Assembly: GCA_951406725.2 (NCBI GenBank) | Contig: OX597823.1 | Span: 98,642,001 to 98,706,000, forward strand | Direction of reading: 5' to 3' | DNA length: 64,000 bases | From: Octopus vulgaris | Taxonomy: Eukaryota | In this document: positions 40,894-54,859 of the stretch, in pieces | How positions within the stretch are numbered: the first letter of the stretch is position 1 | Layout of the letters: the number at the start of each line of letters is the position of its first letter | Notes under the pieces: model-generated | The model's database searches: none | What the model saw: the letters and a program-made list of their open reading frames with translations, nothing else | Told to the model about the DNA's origin: nothing | Translations under genes and position numbers: made by a program

Positions 40894-42594
40894 GACAGAT
40901 GCATATTAAACTTGATTAAAACTGTTGACCTGGCAATAGATGGGAACTAGTGGTGACATTGAATTAGCTAGTGTGAAATACACAGCACCTCTTACGTTAT
41001 AGACTATCCCCAACGGAAAGATTGTCGAAGATGAAGAAGGGATGGAGGACAAAGTTGACCATGGGATATGAACAAGCAACGGCTAGTCATCAGACACGAG
41101 CAGATGTGATTTTCGGTTTGTCAATATAAATATGTTAAAGTGACCAACATCGAAAGAGTAGTCGAAACGTGCTTCTTTCTTTTCGGTTGTAATTTCTGGG
41201 CTGATGGAATGTAGAAACGAACAGGTGTTAATATCATTCTCTAGTAATACTTAATGTGCTAACCAATATAATTAAGTAGCTCACACCATAAATAATGAAA
41301 GATATAACTGCTCAGAATTCTGACGAATGATGCTAAGGTTGTTGCACTAGTAGAATAATTACTCTATCCAAATAGAGTAATTATTCTACTAGTGCAAATT
41401 AATTTAGTTCCCTTGAGAAGTATCTAAAATTATTGTTCTTTCTATCGTCTATAATCGGATTTTCAGAAGCGGAGATTGTTTGAGGAATTCCTTGAACTTC
41501 TGTTGTCGTTGTTGTTGCCATTCACCACCCCCACTACTTCTTGTGGTTTGTTGCTGACTCTCCAGAAAATAAATACAAAAAGTTAGGATTACCCAAGATC
41601 AAATTCTATAACCTTTTATGTATCCCACTGTTCCAATAAAATGTGATAATGTAATTATCTGCAGAACAATGGTAGATCTCCATTGATGCTAATCAGCTAA
41701 GTTGGCGATGGTAGAGAAGATATTTCTTTCTGTGCAAACCTTAGTCAAACCAAACCAAACAAAAAATAAATCTATGACGGAGCTTTATAAGTTAGCTTCA
41801 GTTTCCAGTTAAAATCGCTTCATTTACATCAATAACACTCTTGGGAAAACTACGAACGCTAGGATTTCCAATCTCCAGTTTGCTTTAAGTTTGTAGTTTC
41901 ATGATTGTATGTATATTAAGATATGTTTGTAAGCGTTCGTGTCTACGCGTTCGCATGTATTTAATTTAATTTTTATATTTCTATTTCTCTCTATTCTGGT
42001 GCAGAATATTAAACGCTGACGCAAATATTTTACTGTCAAAAATATGTTGAAAATACGAACTTAACTCATAATACTTTATCTAAATGATCTGTATATAGAC
42101 AGATGTTTATTCTATATCGAGGCACCAATAAATGTAATTCCATCCAACGCGGGAGCTTCTCTACACAGTTGATTGACCTGCCAGGTCTTCCCCAGACCAT
42201 ATCCAACCGCATTTTGCAATAATAATAGGACACATGGAATAATACAATCTAATATATACACTGCCTAAACAAGAACAGATGTTGAAAAGCAATTCCTCCA
42301 TGCGAGAAGCCCACAATCCCAGCGAAGAACTATAAAGAGAGAGAGAGAGAGATTATCTTATTACTCAGTTTCTTTAGTGCTTTTTCGTTTATTCTTTTTC
42401 GCTCAATGTTCCATCCATGTCATAAATTAAGACCATCATATCATGAAAGGAGGTGGGTGAGATCATACAATTAATGAAGAGTATTGATTTTTACGATTAT
42501 CGCCCACCGGCGACTGTTATGATTAAGAACAGTAATAATTGGCATTAGTATTAAATGGTAGGTCACTTCAGAGATTAATATTTGTATAAGAGAA

Positions 42595-42940
42595 GGCGGC
42601 GAGCTGGCAGGAGTTTTAGCACGCCGGATAAAATGCTTAGCGGCATTTCGTCCGTCTTTACGTTCTGAGTTCAAATTCCTTAAGTTGTTCATCTATATTT
42701 ATTATTAATGTTGTTGTCCTAACAATAATATTTAGATTTAATGATGTTATTAATACTACTACTATTATGTAAGCATTTTTGTTATAGGTGTTCTCTCTGG
42801 TAGCTGGAACAGCGCGTAGCCTAGTGGCTAGGCAACTGAGTTCTCGATCATAAATAAGGTCATGGGTTCGATCTTACTCCGAGCCAAGCATTTCGCCTCT
42901 CGTTGCTGCAGTCTACTCACCTAGTAAAAATGTGTATAGA
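42595..42940 (+). mobile_element. Truncated family-A SINE (42595-42680) and another tRNA-headed SINE (about 42806-42940)
   Basis: The second has A box 'tagcctagtggctagg' and B box 'gggttcgatct'. Confidence 0.6.
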
Positions 42941-43049
42941 GTCAAATTAGCGCTACAGCGTTAACGAGTTTGTGAACTGCTACATCCTATCTTTACTCTT
43001 TACTCTCTGATGGGTGGGAAAGTGTTCTTAGAATAGTATATAATAGTAA

Positions 43050-44060
43050 ATTTTATTCATCAAAGTACCATTACAATCAACACATCTTTGCCAACGAGTT
43101 ACAGGTTTGTTTACTCCGGTAACACAAATCTGGAGTTCTGGAGCTGATGAACTCTTTCAACGCAATTTCCAAATCGGTTTGATTTTTGAACTCCTTCTCT
43201 CGCAGGAAACCATCAAGGTGATTGAAAAAGTGTAGTCGGTAGGAGAAAGGTCTAAGGAATAAGCTGGGTGGGGAAGAACTTCGTAGCCAAGTTCCCTCAA
43301 CTCCTGGAGCGTCATTAGTGAAACGTGTAGTCAAGCATTGTCATGAAGAATGGTTGGCTCCTTTCTGTTGACCAGTCTGGGACGGAAGAGTGGCGGTTTT
43401 TCGTTCATTTTGGCAATTTCATGGCAATATGTTTCTGCAGTAATGGTTTTTCCTGGTTTAAAGAAGTTTATAGTGGCTGAGTCCAGCAGTGCACCACCAA
43501 ACAGTCACTATAACCTCCTTTTTGAAGAGCTCTGGTTTTGGGAAGGTTTTCAGTGCTTCATTTTGGTCCAACCGCTGCGAAGAACGTTTTTTATTATTCT
43601 ATAGAATCCACTTTTCATCGCAAGTTACAATACGGTCGCGAAATGAATCGGTCTGGTTACGGAGAAGAAGCGACGAGCAAATTTCGTATCTGCGCATTTT
43701 CTGATTTTCATTCAAATCGTGTGATGCCCATTTGTTGTGCTTTTTTTATTTTCCGGTCGCATGCAAATGGTTGCAGGCAGTTTTCTGGCTAACTTGAAGT
43801 TCCTTTCCAGTTCTCGAGTGGTTTTACGTGGATCTTTCTCAATGACGGTCTTTAATTGACCGACATCGATGACAGATGGGCGTCCACTACGCTCACGATC
43901 TTCGAAACTCAGATCTCCACTGCGAAATCGTTTAAACCATTTTCGAGCTGACCACTAACTGGTTATTTCCTCACCAAACGTTTCGTTGATATCACAAGCA
44001 GTTTCAGCTGCTTTACGTCCTTTTTCTTTAAGTTGAATAGCAAAGTTTAAAAAACGAAGA
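43050..44060 (-). mobile_element. Decayed mariner transposase (second subfamily)
   Basis: Minus-strand remnants 'WFKRFRSGDL', 'TCDEKWIL', 'LHDNA', and 'HFFNHLDGFLREKEFKN...KEFISSR'. Confidence 0.85.
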
Positions 44061-44987
44061 CTCGATGAAAGCCTTCAATTTGTAGAGATTAATCAATCTA
44101 CTTTACAGAACCAAATGGCGTAACTGCATAAATTCTTATAATTTAAAAATAATTGCGCCTGTTGAATGTAAAAGTCTATCATATGTGGTTATTGTCTCGT
44201 ATATTATACTGGTGGTATATGAAAACGATATTAAAAAATATAGAGTCTGATAGAAAATTTGATCAAGGAAGATAAAACAAATTTCCAGATAATCATTTCG
44301 ACAGTAAAATCAGATAATGAATTTGATATTGATCTGTTTAACGCCTTTTGTAAAATAATAAATTCCAGTATTGATTTGTTTATTTAATTCCTAACTGAAC
44401 AGAATGATACTATAAACGAAAATGATTGCGTAATAAAACACGTGAGCTTACTCCATTTATGGCATGGCGTTGTCGATAGGGACAGTGATAAGAGGTGTAG
44501 GGGTAGAGAAGCGGGTGGATGAGGAGGAAAGCGGGGATTACAAAATAAACAGTAATACAATTAAACCATTTCGAGCAATGTACGGTTAATGCAGAGTTAT
44601 GTTTCTTTGGTGGTGGTTGTGATAAAGGTATAGGCCGTGGTGGTGTTTATGAGGATGGTGAAAATAAAGAGGGGAAGAGAAGAGGACGAGGAGGTGGAGA
44701 TGGAATTATATTATAAGGTTGAATTGTTTCAAGGAATTAAATTTCCAGTTGGATAGTGGACAGTTTTGTGCACACGTGCGAAAATACATTTAAAGGCACA
44801 CAAACATACACATGCATAAGTTCGCATACATATGCACACATTCGCACGCAGCCAAACTTACGAAGCTACACGCACGCCGCCATTTCGGTAACTACTATCA
44901 TGATGCTGACTCTAATATGACTGACTCTAGTTGAACTAGTGCATGGGAATGCTCACGCTTTGACAATTCCATTTCAGATGATTGTAA

Positions 44988-45047
44988 CATCAGGTGTCTT
45001 GGGGAAATTTCGAACCTCGGTTCTCATTCCTAAGGTATTTTTCGATG

Positions 45048-45110
<63 letters not shown>

Positions 45111-45181
45111 TCACTGCCTGTAATCGAACTCGGAATCTTGGGGTTAGTAGCTCGCGCTCTTAACCACTACGCCATATGCCC
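44988..45181 (-). mobile_element. Third family-H SINE copy, intact tRNA head, truncated inside the HHR core
   Basis: GGGCATATGGCGTAGTGGTTAAG...GAGTTCGATT, then (AAT)n and body. Homology stops at ...GACAC-CTGATG. Confidence 0.85.
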
Positions 45182-45379
45182 ATTTATCTGATGGTTTACT
45201 CTATATTTTTGTGGAGTGCAAATTTATTCTTTTGGAAGGATGTTGTTGACCGTGACTTGGAAGCTTCGACCAGCCATCGATCGATGATATCATGGTTCAG
45301 CTGGCCGAAGCTTCGACGTCATTGCTAATAACATGCTTGTTTAATGATAACAATCTTTTTTACTGTATGTACGAGATAT

Positions 45380-46265
45380 GAAATTTGGGGGAGGGAGTCA
45401 GTCGATTGCATCAACCACAGTGTTTCATATCTACTTATTCTATCTACCGCGAAAGGATGAAAGGCAAAGTCGACCTCGGCGGAATTTGAACCCAGAACGT
45501 AACAACGAACGAAATACCGCTAAGTATTTTGTCCGGTGTGCAAACGATTCTGTCAGCTCGCAGCCTTAATAATAATGATGATGATGATGATGATTACCCC
45601 AGGAAACCAGGTAACTCCAAAATGGCAGAAATTCAAAAAATAGTGCTCATAGGAACTGCCCATATCCTACGTAAAATACTGTCTATGTAATCTAACATTT
45701 TAAAACAAACTTATAATTTCCTTATGTTTTCTTAAACATTCTTTAGAACAATACTATGTGCAAAACCAGATATATGACACCCTAGGCATAACACCAACAT
45801 GAACACTTCTAACTTGTTGTCTCTTGAGGTCTCTGAGTGAGACTTGGAGCCAACTTGTACAAATACAAAGCAAAAGTCAAACATATAATAATAATAATCC
45901 TTTCTACTGGAAGCACAAGGCCTCAAACTTTGGGGGAAGTGATTAAGTCGATTACATCGATCCCCGAAAGGATGAAAGGCAAAGTCGGCTTCGCCGGAAT
46001 TTGAACTCAGAACGTAACGGCAGACGAAATACCTATTTCTGTACTACCCACAAGGAGCTAAAAACAGAGAGGACAAACAAGGACAGACAAACGGATTAAG
46101 TCGATTATATCGATCCCAGAGCGTAACTGGTACTTATTTAATCGACTCCGAAAGGATGAAAGGCAAAGTCGACCTCGGCGGAATTTGAACTCATAACGTA
46201 ACGGCAGACGAAATACGGCTGAGCATTTCGCCTGGCGTGTTAACGATTCTCCCAGCACACCGCCT
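45380..46265 (-). mobile_element. Family-A SINE copies (45380-45566, 45900-46265) flanking an R4 3' end
   Basis: Reverse-complement family-A core and head. Confidence 0.85.
45597..45897 (+). mobile_element. 3' end of an R4/Dong-type retrotransposon
   Basis: 'MAEIQKIVLIGTAHILRKILSM*', then a 3' UTR ending in (AAT)n. Confidence 0.75.
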
Positions 46266-46369
46266 TATAATAATAATAATAAAAATAATAATAATGATGA
46301 TGATGATGATGATGATGTGATAACAACAACAACAACAATTTTTTATCATAATTATTTCTTTTATTATAA

Positions 46370-47527
46370 CTAGCACATGACCCGTCAATAAGGAAAAACA
46401 ATGCTATGTTTAGGATTACATTTCAATTTAATTCAACTATTGTTTGAGAAGTATACCAAAGATATAATTTGATAATATATTTACATATTCTTATTTATGC
46501 AAATACTTTACAAAATCAGTAATAAAATAACAAAGAAAATATTAAACAAATCTGTACGTTTTACACAGACAGCATATCAATATTTACACTATTTCCGTGT
46601 TGATAACATTATGCGTAAGTCTTCTTACATGTTCATTATGACGGCTACTTGTTCCTGATCTGGTAAATTCTTTTTGATCAGCAAATATTTTAAGATTCAC
46701 TGGATCCCCAACTCTACTGAGAGCGAAATAGAGGGCATGAGTAAATACGGGCGCAGGCATGTAGATGCCGCACTTAGAAGGGCTTTGAACTTGACTTTTG
46801 TTTATAGACATCGCGAAAGCAGGTCTCGCTGGAAATTGGCGTCTTTTCAAAGTAAAGGGCAAATCGGTATCAGATGGCTGCAGAATAATGCGGGGAATCA
46901 AAAGTGTGCATCCTGCATCAACACCAGTTATTTTACTTGCAGTGATCATATTATCTGACACCGATAACACAATGACGTGCACCATTGCAGTACCCCTTTC
47001 TCTGATCTAAGTTTCTTAGCAACATTACAGGAACACCCGTTTTTAATTTGATAATGCGAGGTGGCATGCCACTTATTTTAAGAGAATTCAGAAATTCAAG
47101 AGGATAGAGTGCAGATTGCTGATCTTCTGCAACGGAAATAATACTCCTCAGAGTATATATATCTCACTTGGAAATTTCTGGTTATTTAGATTGTCAACTT
47201 CTTCGTTCTTTGTTGTTAATATTTGTTGTGATGATAACCATTGGGCATTGTTAAAATTAACCTCTAAATCTTCACAGACACGGTTGATCAAATCCTCCTT
47301 GCTGTTGAAATTGTTGAAGAATCTCTATTACCTCATCATATAATTGTCTTTGAACATCACCAACCTGCAATAACCAAACAGAATGATTTGCTAGTCGAGA
47401 TTGAGAGGTGGTATCATAATTGCACTCTCATATTTGTGGTGAGATGAAGTACTTCGCATTCGTACCAAATTACGGATTTTTTCAAACATGTTTCAGTTAG
47501 AGAAGACCTTTGTGCTCTTCGAACTAC
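46370..47527 (-). mobile_element. Helitron 3' fragment (PIF1-like helicase C-terminus, CTAG end)
   Basis: 'IPRI.L.P...LPF.LKRRQFP...AFAMSINKSQ..S....G......VFTH..LY.ALSRV', and 'VVRR....CLK.S.IW......L.TNMRV'. The minus-strand terminus is ...gacgggtcatgtgCTAG|T at 46370. Confidence 0.9.
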
Positions 47528-47544
47528 TTTGTGCTCTTCGACCG

Positions 47545-49100
47545 TTTGACTCCATGCAGGGACGTAGACGGTCACCAGTCTAAAGGCACCACCTTCGCTA
47601 TTGCTCACGTCCAGGACCACCAACTTACCTTCTGGATCCCGGAAGATCGACCTTACCTCGAGATTCAGGCCTTTCCTAAACAGCACTGCTACTCCACCTC
47701 CCATTCCCGGCCGACTAACAGATACAAACATTTGATAGTCGTCGAAAATGGGGGCTGGTGCGCGTGTGTTGGAAATCCTGGTCTCGCTGAGAGTAATTAC
47801 GTCCAATTCTAAAAACCCAAGGTCGTTAAGCAGGCGGCCCTACTTCCAGGGCGATCCCAGGCCTCGAACATTTAAACTTTCAACTCTTAATACGGGTTTA
47901 CTTACCTCCCAGTATCTCGTGAATGTCGAGTGGTATGTTTCTATTCATGTGTGTATTTGGGTGGGGGGAGAGCTTTCCTAGTTTCTTGCTTGGGTGGTCA
48001 GTGTCTTTGGTGGTGTTTCCTTTGGTGTTGTTGCTGGTGATTTTGCCAGTGCTGGTGTTGGTTGCGGTCCTCGCCCCGGCGTAGGCAACAATGGAGACCT
48101 TTGATCCCTTGCACCTTTATCAGTTGAAGGCAGAAGGCTCTCAAATGGGTTGTTTCTCCACAAACAAAACAATACAGCATTTTGCACTCAGTCATTATAT
48201 GTATCACCGTCCCGTTATGGAGACGGGTGTGGTCCGGGATTCTTTTTGTGTTTTCGGACCTGCTCTGGAGAAGTATCTCCAGGTCAACGTCGGACCAGTC
48301 CTCTCTGGCAGTTTTTGTTACCTCTATCGGGACGGTATCCGTCCTTCCACAATTACGCATCCCAGAAGCCACCACAAATCAAGCTCTGGTAGAGTCCTTG
48401 GAATGTGGACACGCGCTGTTCGTTTTCCCATGTGGGAGGGGTACATTATGACCTTGCTGGTTTTGCAAGGGGTTATTGAATGTAATGTTTCATAGTGAGG
48501 GTTTCTGACTTAAACAGCACCGAAGTGGTGCCGTATTGTCTGCCCCTCACTATGTACTCGGTGTCATCCTTGATGCATGTCAGCACAGCTTCAATACCTG
48601 CTTGCGCAATTAAAGCCGCTTTCTTTGTTTCTGCTAAGATGCATCTAAATGCACCGTTCTTCGCTCCACTGCTTCATTGGCCTCCGCCGGGATAGTTAAG
48701 TTGGCCCAGGTTTACTCTTGCTTGATAAGCTTCCAGGCCTTGGCCAACTTTATCTTTATTTGTGAGGTCCATGCTCAAGTGTAGCCTCTTTTTGGCAGCT
48801 GCTGCAGCGAAAGTGTTCTTGTTGTTAATGTTGGTATTGTTCTCGTTGTTGTTGTTGTTGCTGTGACTGCTGCCGCTGCTGCTGTTATTGTTGTTGCTGT
48901 CGTTGTTCTTGTTGGCGTTGGTTTTGTTGCTGTTGCTGTTGTTGATACCTTTGCTATTGTTGTTGTTGCTGCCATCACTGCAGCTGCTGTAGTTGCTGTC
49001 TCTCGCGTTGTTGTTGTTGCTACCAATACTACTACCACTGCTGCTGCTGCTGTTACTGCTACCGCCGTGGCTGTCACTGCTACCACTGCTGTTGTCGATG
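47545..49100 (-). mobile_element. 5' part of an L1/Tx1-clade LINE: ORF1 with CCHC knuckle plus N-terminus of the ORF2 APE endonuclease
   Basis: ORF1 has 'CFVCGETTHLRAFC' (CX2CX4HX4C) and a low-complexity N-terminal region. The APE reads 'LNVRGL...DVITLSETR...GGGVAVLFRK...DPEGKLVVLDV....FRLVTVYVP'. Confidence 0.85.
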
Positions 49101-49433
49101 TTTCTACTCCTGTTACTACGAGGTGGAATTTGTACTTTTCTATTCGTGTGTTGATTTGTTTACGTCGCTAAAACTTACCTATTCAGCAAGAATACGTACC
49201 AGGCTTGAAAATAAGCATGGCTGCAGTTCAATGACTGGAACGAGTCAAAGATTAAAGCATATACAATGCTAATGTGTATACATATGCCCCTACAAATGCA
49301 TAAGTATATTCGAGAAAATATAAAGATATATCTGAGTCGAAACAAGTAAAGAGAGTATGTGTCGTTTCGTGCATAAAATAACCATGATTTTACATGGGAA
49401 GTGAAGTTAACCCGTATGAGAGAGAAACAGATG

Positions 49434-49467
<34 letters not shown>

Positions 49468-49482
49468 AAAGAGGAGGGTGTT

Positions 49483-49572
<90 letters not shown>

Positions 49573-50155
49573 CGCCTAAAAGTGAGTTTAAGTAAGACAG
49601 AGAGAGAGAGTGAGAATACCGGAAAAGTTGATTACTTCCTTTTTCCTTTTTCTTTCCTTTATTTGCTTTTCGGAACAGCAGAGTAAGGTTGCTCACTAAA
49701 ATTATATCATGGCGATGAAAATAGTATTATATCACGTATGATAAAAGTTATGATAGTATGTATTTAAAAAATGCAGAAAGAAAAAGGAAAGAAAAGAAAA
49801 GAAGAAGGAAGGAAAGAAGAGAGGGAGGAGTAAGAATGAAAGAAAAATATTGGACAGTTAACCTTTAAGGAAGAAAAAAGAAAGCATTCCATCTTTACGA
49901 TCTTGGCTTTTAGTACTCTAGAAGCCGTAATAGTCACAGATCGTTGGAAGAGATAACCAAAAAATCGATATTTCGCCTCAAAGTACAGTTGCTTTCCATA
50001 CTAAATAAATAAATAAATAATAAATAAAAGAACAAAAACCGTAAAACAATAAAAGATAAAAGATTTCGGGCAAAAGTTAGGAAGAAAACCAGTTGTTTTG
50101 TTTTTTAAGAAAAATGCTTAATCGATTGTATCCATTTCAGTGTCTTACAGATCCT

Positions 50156-50226
<71 letters not shown>

Positions 50227-50489
50227 TGCGTGCGTGCGCGCGCGCGCGCTTCTAAAAATCTATCTCAGGTATATGAAAGGCAAAATAGTCAACGTAGCAT
50301 CCCAAATAAGGTAAAACATTATGATTGGTCTTCCTCGTTTTTATCATATGTGTCTTGCTTGAAAAAGTTATCGCTTTACAAATAAATGAAATAAATAAAA
50401 GGCTAATTTATCAATGATTTTTAACCTCAACAAAAGATCACAAATTTTGGTGGCAGGTAAATTATACAGGTAAAGAACCTGCAATCACT

Positions 50490-50813
50490 TGCACAAGATC
50501 TTGATTGTGTCGAGAACGATGAAAACTTTTTAAAAAGTTTGTGTAGGCTTCTGAGCAGGTATCGCCAAGCTTTTGGCAAAATTTGATCCAGATTCTCTGC
50601 TCAAATTTCTCCGTCATATTCAATGCGACGATCACACATTACACACGTTACTTCCAAGCACTGCTGTAAACAGCGGAAGTGAGCTCGAACGTTAAACCTT
50701 AGTGCGCATGCACAACAGGGTTTAAGGTCAAGCTGTACCAAGCGGCTTTACTCTGCGTGTTTTAGCTCCGATACTATGGCAACAGTCCGGATATTTATTG
50801 ATCAGACCATGTG
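50490..50813 (-). mobile_element. 5' fragment of a third mariner (TIR plus transposase start)
   Basis: Minus strand begins 'cacatggtctgatcaataaatatccggact'. ATG at 50617 gives MTEKFEQRIWIKFCQKLGDTCSEAY, a mariner N-terminal motif. Confidence 0.75.
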
Positions 50814-50887
50814 TATGTATGTATGTATATAAGATAAACTTACTTGGAAATGGATGCGTGGCGTTCAATCATATAATAATATAAATA

Positions 50888-50972
<85 letters not shown>

Positions 50973-52128
50973 GTATGTGTGTGTGCATATATATGCATAC
51001 ATATATGTGCATACTTACATATATATGAAATATGAAATACGAAAACATGGAATACGAACTTTGCGAACAACGAGAGAAGCAAATGGAAAACAAGACAAGT
51101 AACATAAAGAACGACCCTTCATCAGTTATCTACTCTGCATTTCGAGCAATTACGGCAAGATCTGTCTTCGATAAAAAAAAGTTGTAGAATAGAATAAAAT
51201 TTGGGATTTGCGGAGGGTCAAAGTTGGTAACAAAAACAGGACAGTGAAAACAAACAGTAAGGGCTGCTAAGCCATAACGAGGTGAGGTGGCGAACACTGA
51301 AGGAACATGCTTTGACAGGAGAAAAGATAGGAGAGGACACAGACAAGAATGCGTGTGATCTATGTGGTAGATCAAAAGAAAAGAAAGAAGCTTAAGTTAG
51401 AAAAAGAAAGATGGTCGATGACCACGTGTGAGCAACGAGAGAGTAAAGGAGGAAGAGTGAGAGAGAGAGGGACAGATAGAGAACAGTGAAGAGGAGAGGG
51501 AAAGAATTAGAGGAAGGATGAGAGAGAAAAACCAAAGGGGGAGAAGGGGAAATAAAGAAAATTAGAGAAAGGAAGAGAGAGAAAACGAAGCGTGGAGAAA
51601 GAACAGTACAGAGAGTCGCATCAAAATTATTAAGATAAACTTACTGCCGCATGGCCGCAGTCACATAACTGAAAGAAGTAAAACGATAAAAAACTATGCC
51701 ATTTTATTCCCGAGCAAGTCGGGGTTTCTCTGCTAGTATGTATGTATATATATATGTATATATATATATATATATAGTACAAAGCGAGATAGGGGTTATG
51801 AGTGTAACCCACTATGGGATATCAGTTATCCAATATACTGCTGGTGAAGTACCTAAAAGGCAAATACATAAATGCTTATAATTGCAATGCAATTAATTCA
51901 TTTATTGTATTAGATGGGCGAAGGTAAAATATTTTACCTCAAATTCATAATATAAATAAGAAAATGGAGGAACAGATTCCTTTCAATCATCAACTTACAG
52001 ATAATACCAATTCATATTATTTATTAACTACTTAAATAGGAACATCCAAATCCAACAGAATAAAACAGAATAAAACAATATAAATCAATAAGTAAGACAA
52101 TACCATAAAAATAATACATATAAAATGG

Positions 52129-52258
52129 ATCTTACAGCTGTTTCAGCCAGTAGATAAAGGTATCTCATTGTGCATATATTAGTCATATGTATTGAAGGTA
52201 ATATGCGCTTAAAATGAGTTACTTATATATATATATATCTCAAGGCCTCGTCAGAGAT
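52129..52258 (-). ncRNA. Type-I hammerhead with large helix-II insert (left pLTR)
   Basis: AUCU-CUGACGA-GGCC...~95 nt...GGCU-GAAAC-AGCU-GUA-AGAU. Confidence 0.8.
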
Positions 52259-52326
52259 TATAAAGTACAATTATAAAAATACAAAAATGCAAATATAAAT
52301 ATGAAACAAAATACATATACATAAGA

Positions 52327-52363
<37 letters not shown>

Positions 52364-52699
52364 AGTGTATATACATATATATAAGTATATATATAATAAT
52401 ATACACATAAGGTTACAGATGATCAAATATATATACTGGAGTATACATATACATCCACATCAATGAGTACATATATAAAGTCCAAAGTTCATTATATTAA
52501 ATTACCAAAACTATTAATATTATTATTATTATTATTAATACCAATAATGGAATATGTGCATTCTGCTATTCACAATACATAGTAGATGGAAAATACCACA
52601 TAAAATATAGTATAATATAATATAGTGTAATATAATATAATATAATATAAAATAATATATTGTACCCATTGATGTGGATGTATATGTATACTCCAGTAT

Positions 52700-52888
52700 G
52701 TAGGTCAACTACTACAAATATAAATGGGTTGGGTGGTGCTAACAGCAACTATAGGGTACGGGACAATAAGGAATATAATATTGTGAATGGTAATAATTCT
52801 AGTAGCGGTATAAACAGAGCTATATTAAATGACTTTGCACATAACATTAATATTAATAATAATGATAATAATAATAATAATAATAATG

Positions 52889-52939
<51 letters not shown>

Positions 52940-54531
52940 GGCGCAGGAGTGGCTGTGTGGTAAGTAGCTTGCTAACCAACCACATGGTTCCAGGTTCAGT
53001 CCCACTGCGTGGCATCTTGGGCAAGTGTCTTCTGCTATAGCCCCGGGCCGACCGATGCCTTGTGAGTGGATTTGGTAGACGGAAACTGAAAGAAGCCTGT
53101 CGTATATATATATATATATAAGTGTGTGTGTGTATGTGTTTGTGTGTCTGTGTTTGTCCCCCTAGCATTGCTTGACAACCGATGCTGGTGTGTTTACGTC
53201 CCCGTTACTTAGCGGTTCGGCAAAAGAGACCGATAGAATAAGTACTGGGCTTACAAAAGAATAAGTCCTGGGGTCGAGTTGCTCGATTAAAGGCGGTGCT
53301 CCAGCATGGCCGCAGTCAAATGACTGAAACAAGTAAAAGAGTAAAAGAGTATGATGATGATGATGATGATGATGATAATAATAATAATAATAGTAATAAT
53401 AATAATAATAATAATATTTACGGAAATAGAAAAACTTATTTACACCATAGTAACAATAATAATTATGACAAGGATTTTAATCATAATCTTGGTAATATAA
53501 ATCCTAGAAAGTGTAGGGGAAATAAGGGGAATAGGGTATTTGTTAATAATAGGAATATGATGGGTAACCAATATAGCGGTAATGATGCACTATGGCTAAT
53601 AATTCCATATGCTATGCAAATTAAAACTGACATAGTTGGTATTATCCATAGTTTATTGAACAAGTATTTTGGGAAGGGAAAGAATAAATATTGTAACATA
53701 ATTAATAATAAAACTATTAGAATTGGATACAGCCTTACTCATAATTTGGCCACCATAATATCCTCTTTTAATAATAGAAAATTAGACCATTTCTATCTTG
53801 ATAGAAAGAAAAACTTGGGTAGCAGTAACGCGCCTCACTACCACTTGAGATTTAATAATTTTAATTTTAATAGTGCGAGTGTGGGTAGCCCTAATGGAGG
53901 TAATAGTAGCGGTATTTCTGTAACGACGAATAGTAACATGGTTGATGATATTGGTATTAGTAGTAGTAGCTCTAACGATTTAAATAATATTAATAATGTT
54001 AAATATAGACCTACGTTGAATATAGGAATAATTAGTGAGAATGATGTTAACATTATCAATAATAATATTGATGCTGGGAATCATAATAAGGTTAAACTTT
54101 ATCAATTAGATAATGGCTGCAATTGTAGAATTAAAGACAACTGTGTGTTCAATAATGAATGCTTGAAAAAAGAGGTGGTTTACCAATGTATTGAGTACAA
54201 AATACGATAGTAGGGTATATATTGGTGCTACTAAAAATAGTCTGAAACAGAGACTTAATTATCATAGATACACTTTTAGGAATAGGAATAGGATTAATTC
54301 TACAGGGTTAAGTACATATATTTGGGAGCTTAAGAGCAAGAATATAGATTATAATTTACATTGGAAAATACTTCTGCTCCAGCGTATAATAATAGGACTA
54401 GAAAATGCTCTTTATGTATTAATGAAATTTTCTTTATAATCAAAGCTAATTTACCTATTATAAATAATCTTAAGGAACGTAATGTCTCATGCCTTCATAA
54501 ACTAACGTATACTTTCTCTAGATTCAAATAG
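52700..54531 (+). pseudogene. PLE ORF C-terminal part (Asn-rich linker + GIY-YIG endonuclease), frameshifted and SINE-interrupted
   Basis: 'WLIIPY...KYF....IINNKTIRIGYSLTHNLATIISSFN', 'CNCRIKDNCVFNNECL..VVYQC', 'VYIGATKNSLKQR..YH..TF..STGLSTYIWELK', and 'C.HK...*' with TAG at 54529-54531. Homologous to 22045-22460. Confidence 0.85.
52940..53350 (+). mobile_element. tRNA-derived SINE (family B) inserted in (AAT)n
   Basis: A box 'tggctgtgtggtaag', B box 'ggttcagtccc', core 'cttgggcaagtgtctt', internal (TA)/(TG) tract, tail 'gtaaaagagtaaaagag'. Related fragments lie at about 15390-15720 and 37712-37805 on the minus strand. Confidence 0.9.
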
Positions 54532-54859
54532 CACTTAGTTTTAAATTAGTAATTTTAAATGACTTAAATAGTTGTTATAGACTTATGTACTGTATTTATC
54601 TAGGAATACTAATTCTGCCATAAACCATGGGCATACTAATTTTATATTTCTATGTATAAGTGTTTTGTTTTGTTTTGTTTTTGAATGTCTGTGTATTTGT
54701 ATATTTTGATATAGGTTTTTTGTGTATTTTGATATATATCTAATCTTCTACTGGTCTCTCATGTATATGTATATCATATGATATGCATTCAGTTTGGGAC
54801 TTCGGTGTATTGATGTGTACTTAGTATGGGTCAATGTACTAAACACATGGTGGTCACTA

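Noticed and set aside
51110-51150. GAAA...CUGAUGA on the minus strand (type-II hammerhead-like order)
   Set aside because: The helices cannot be formed convincingly in this copy.
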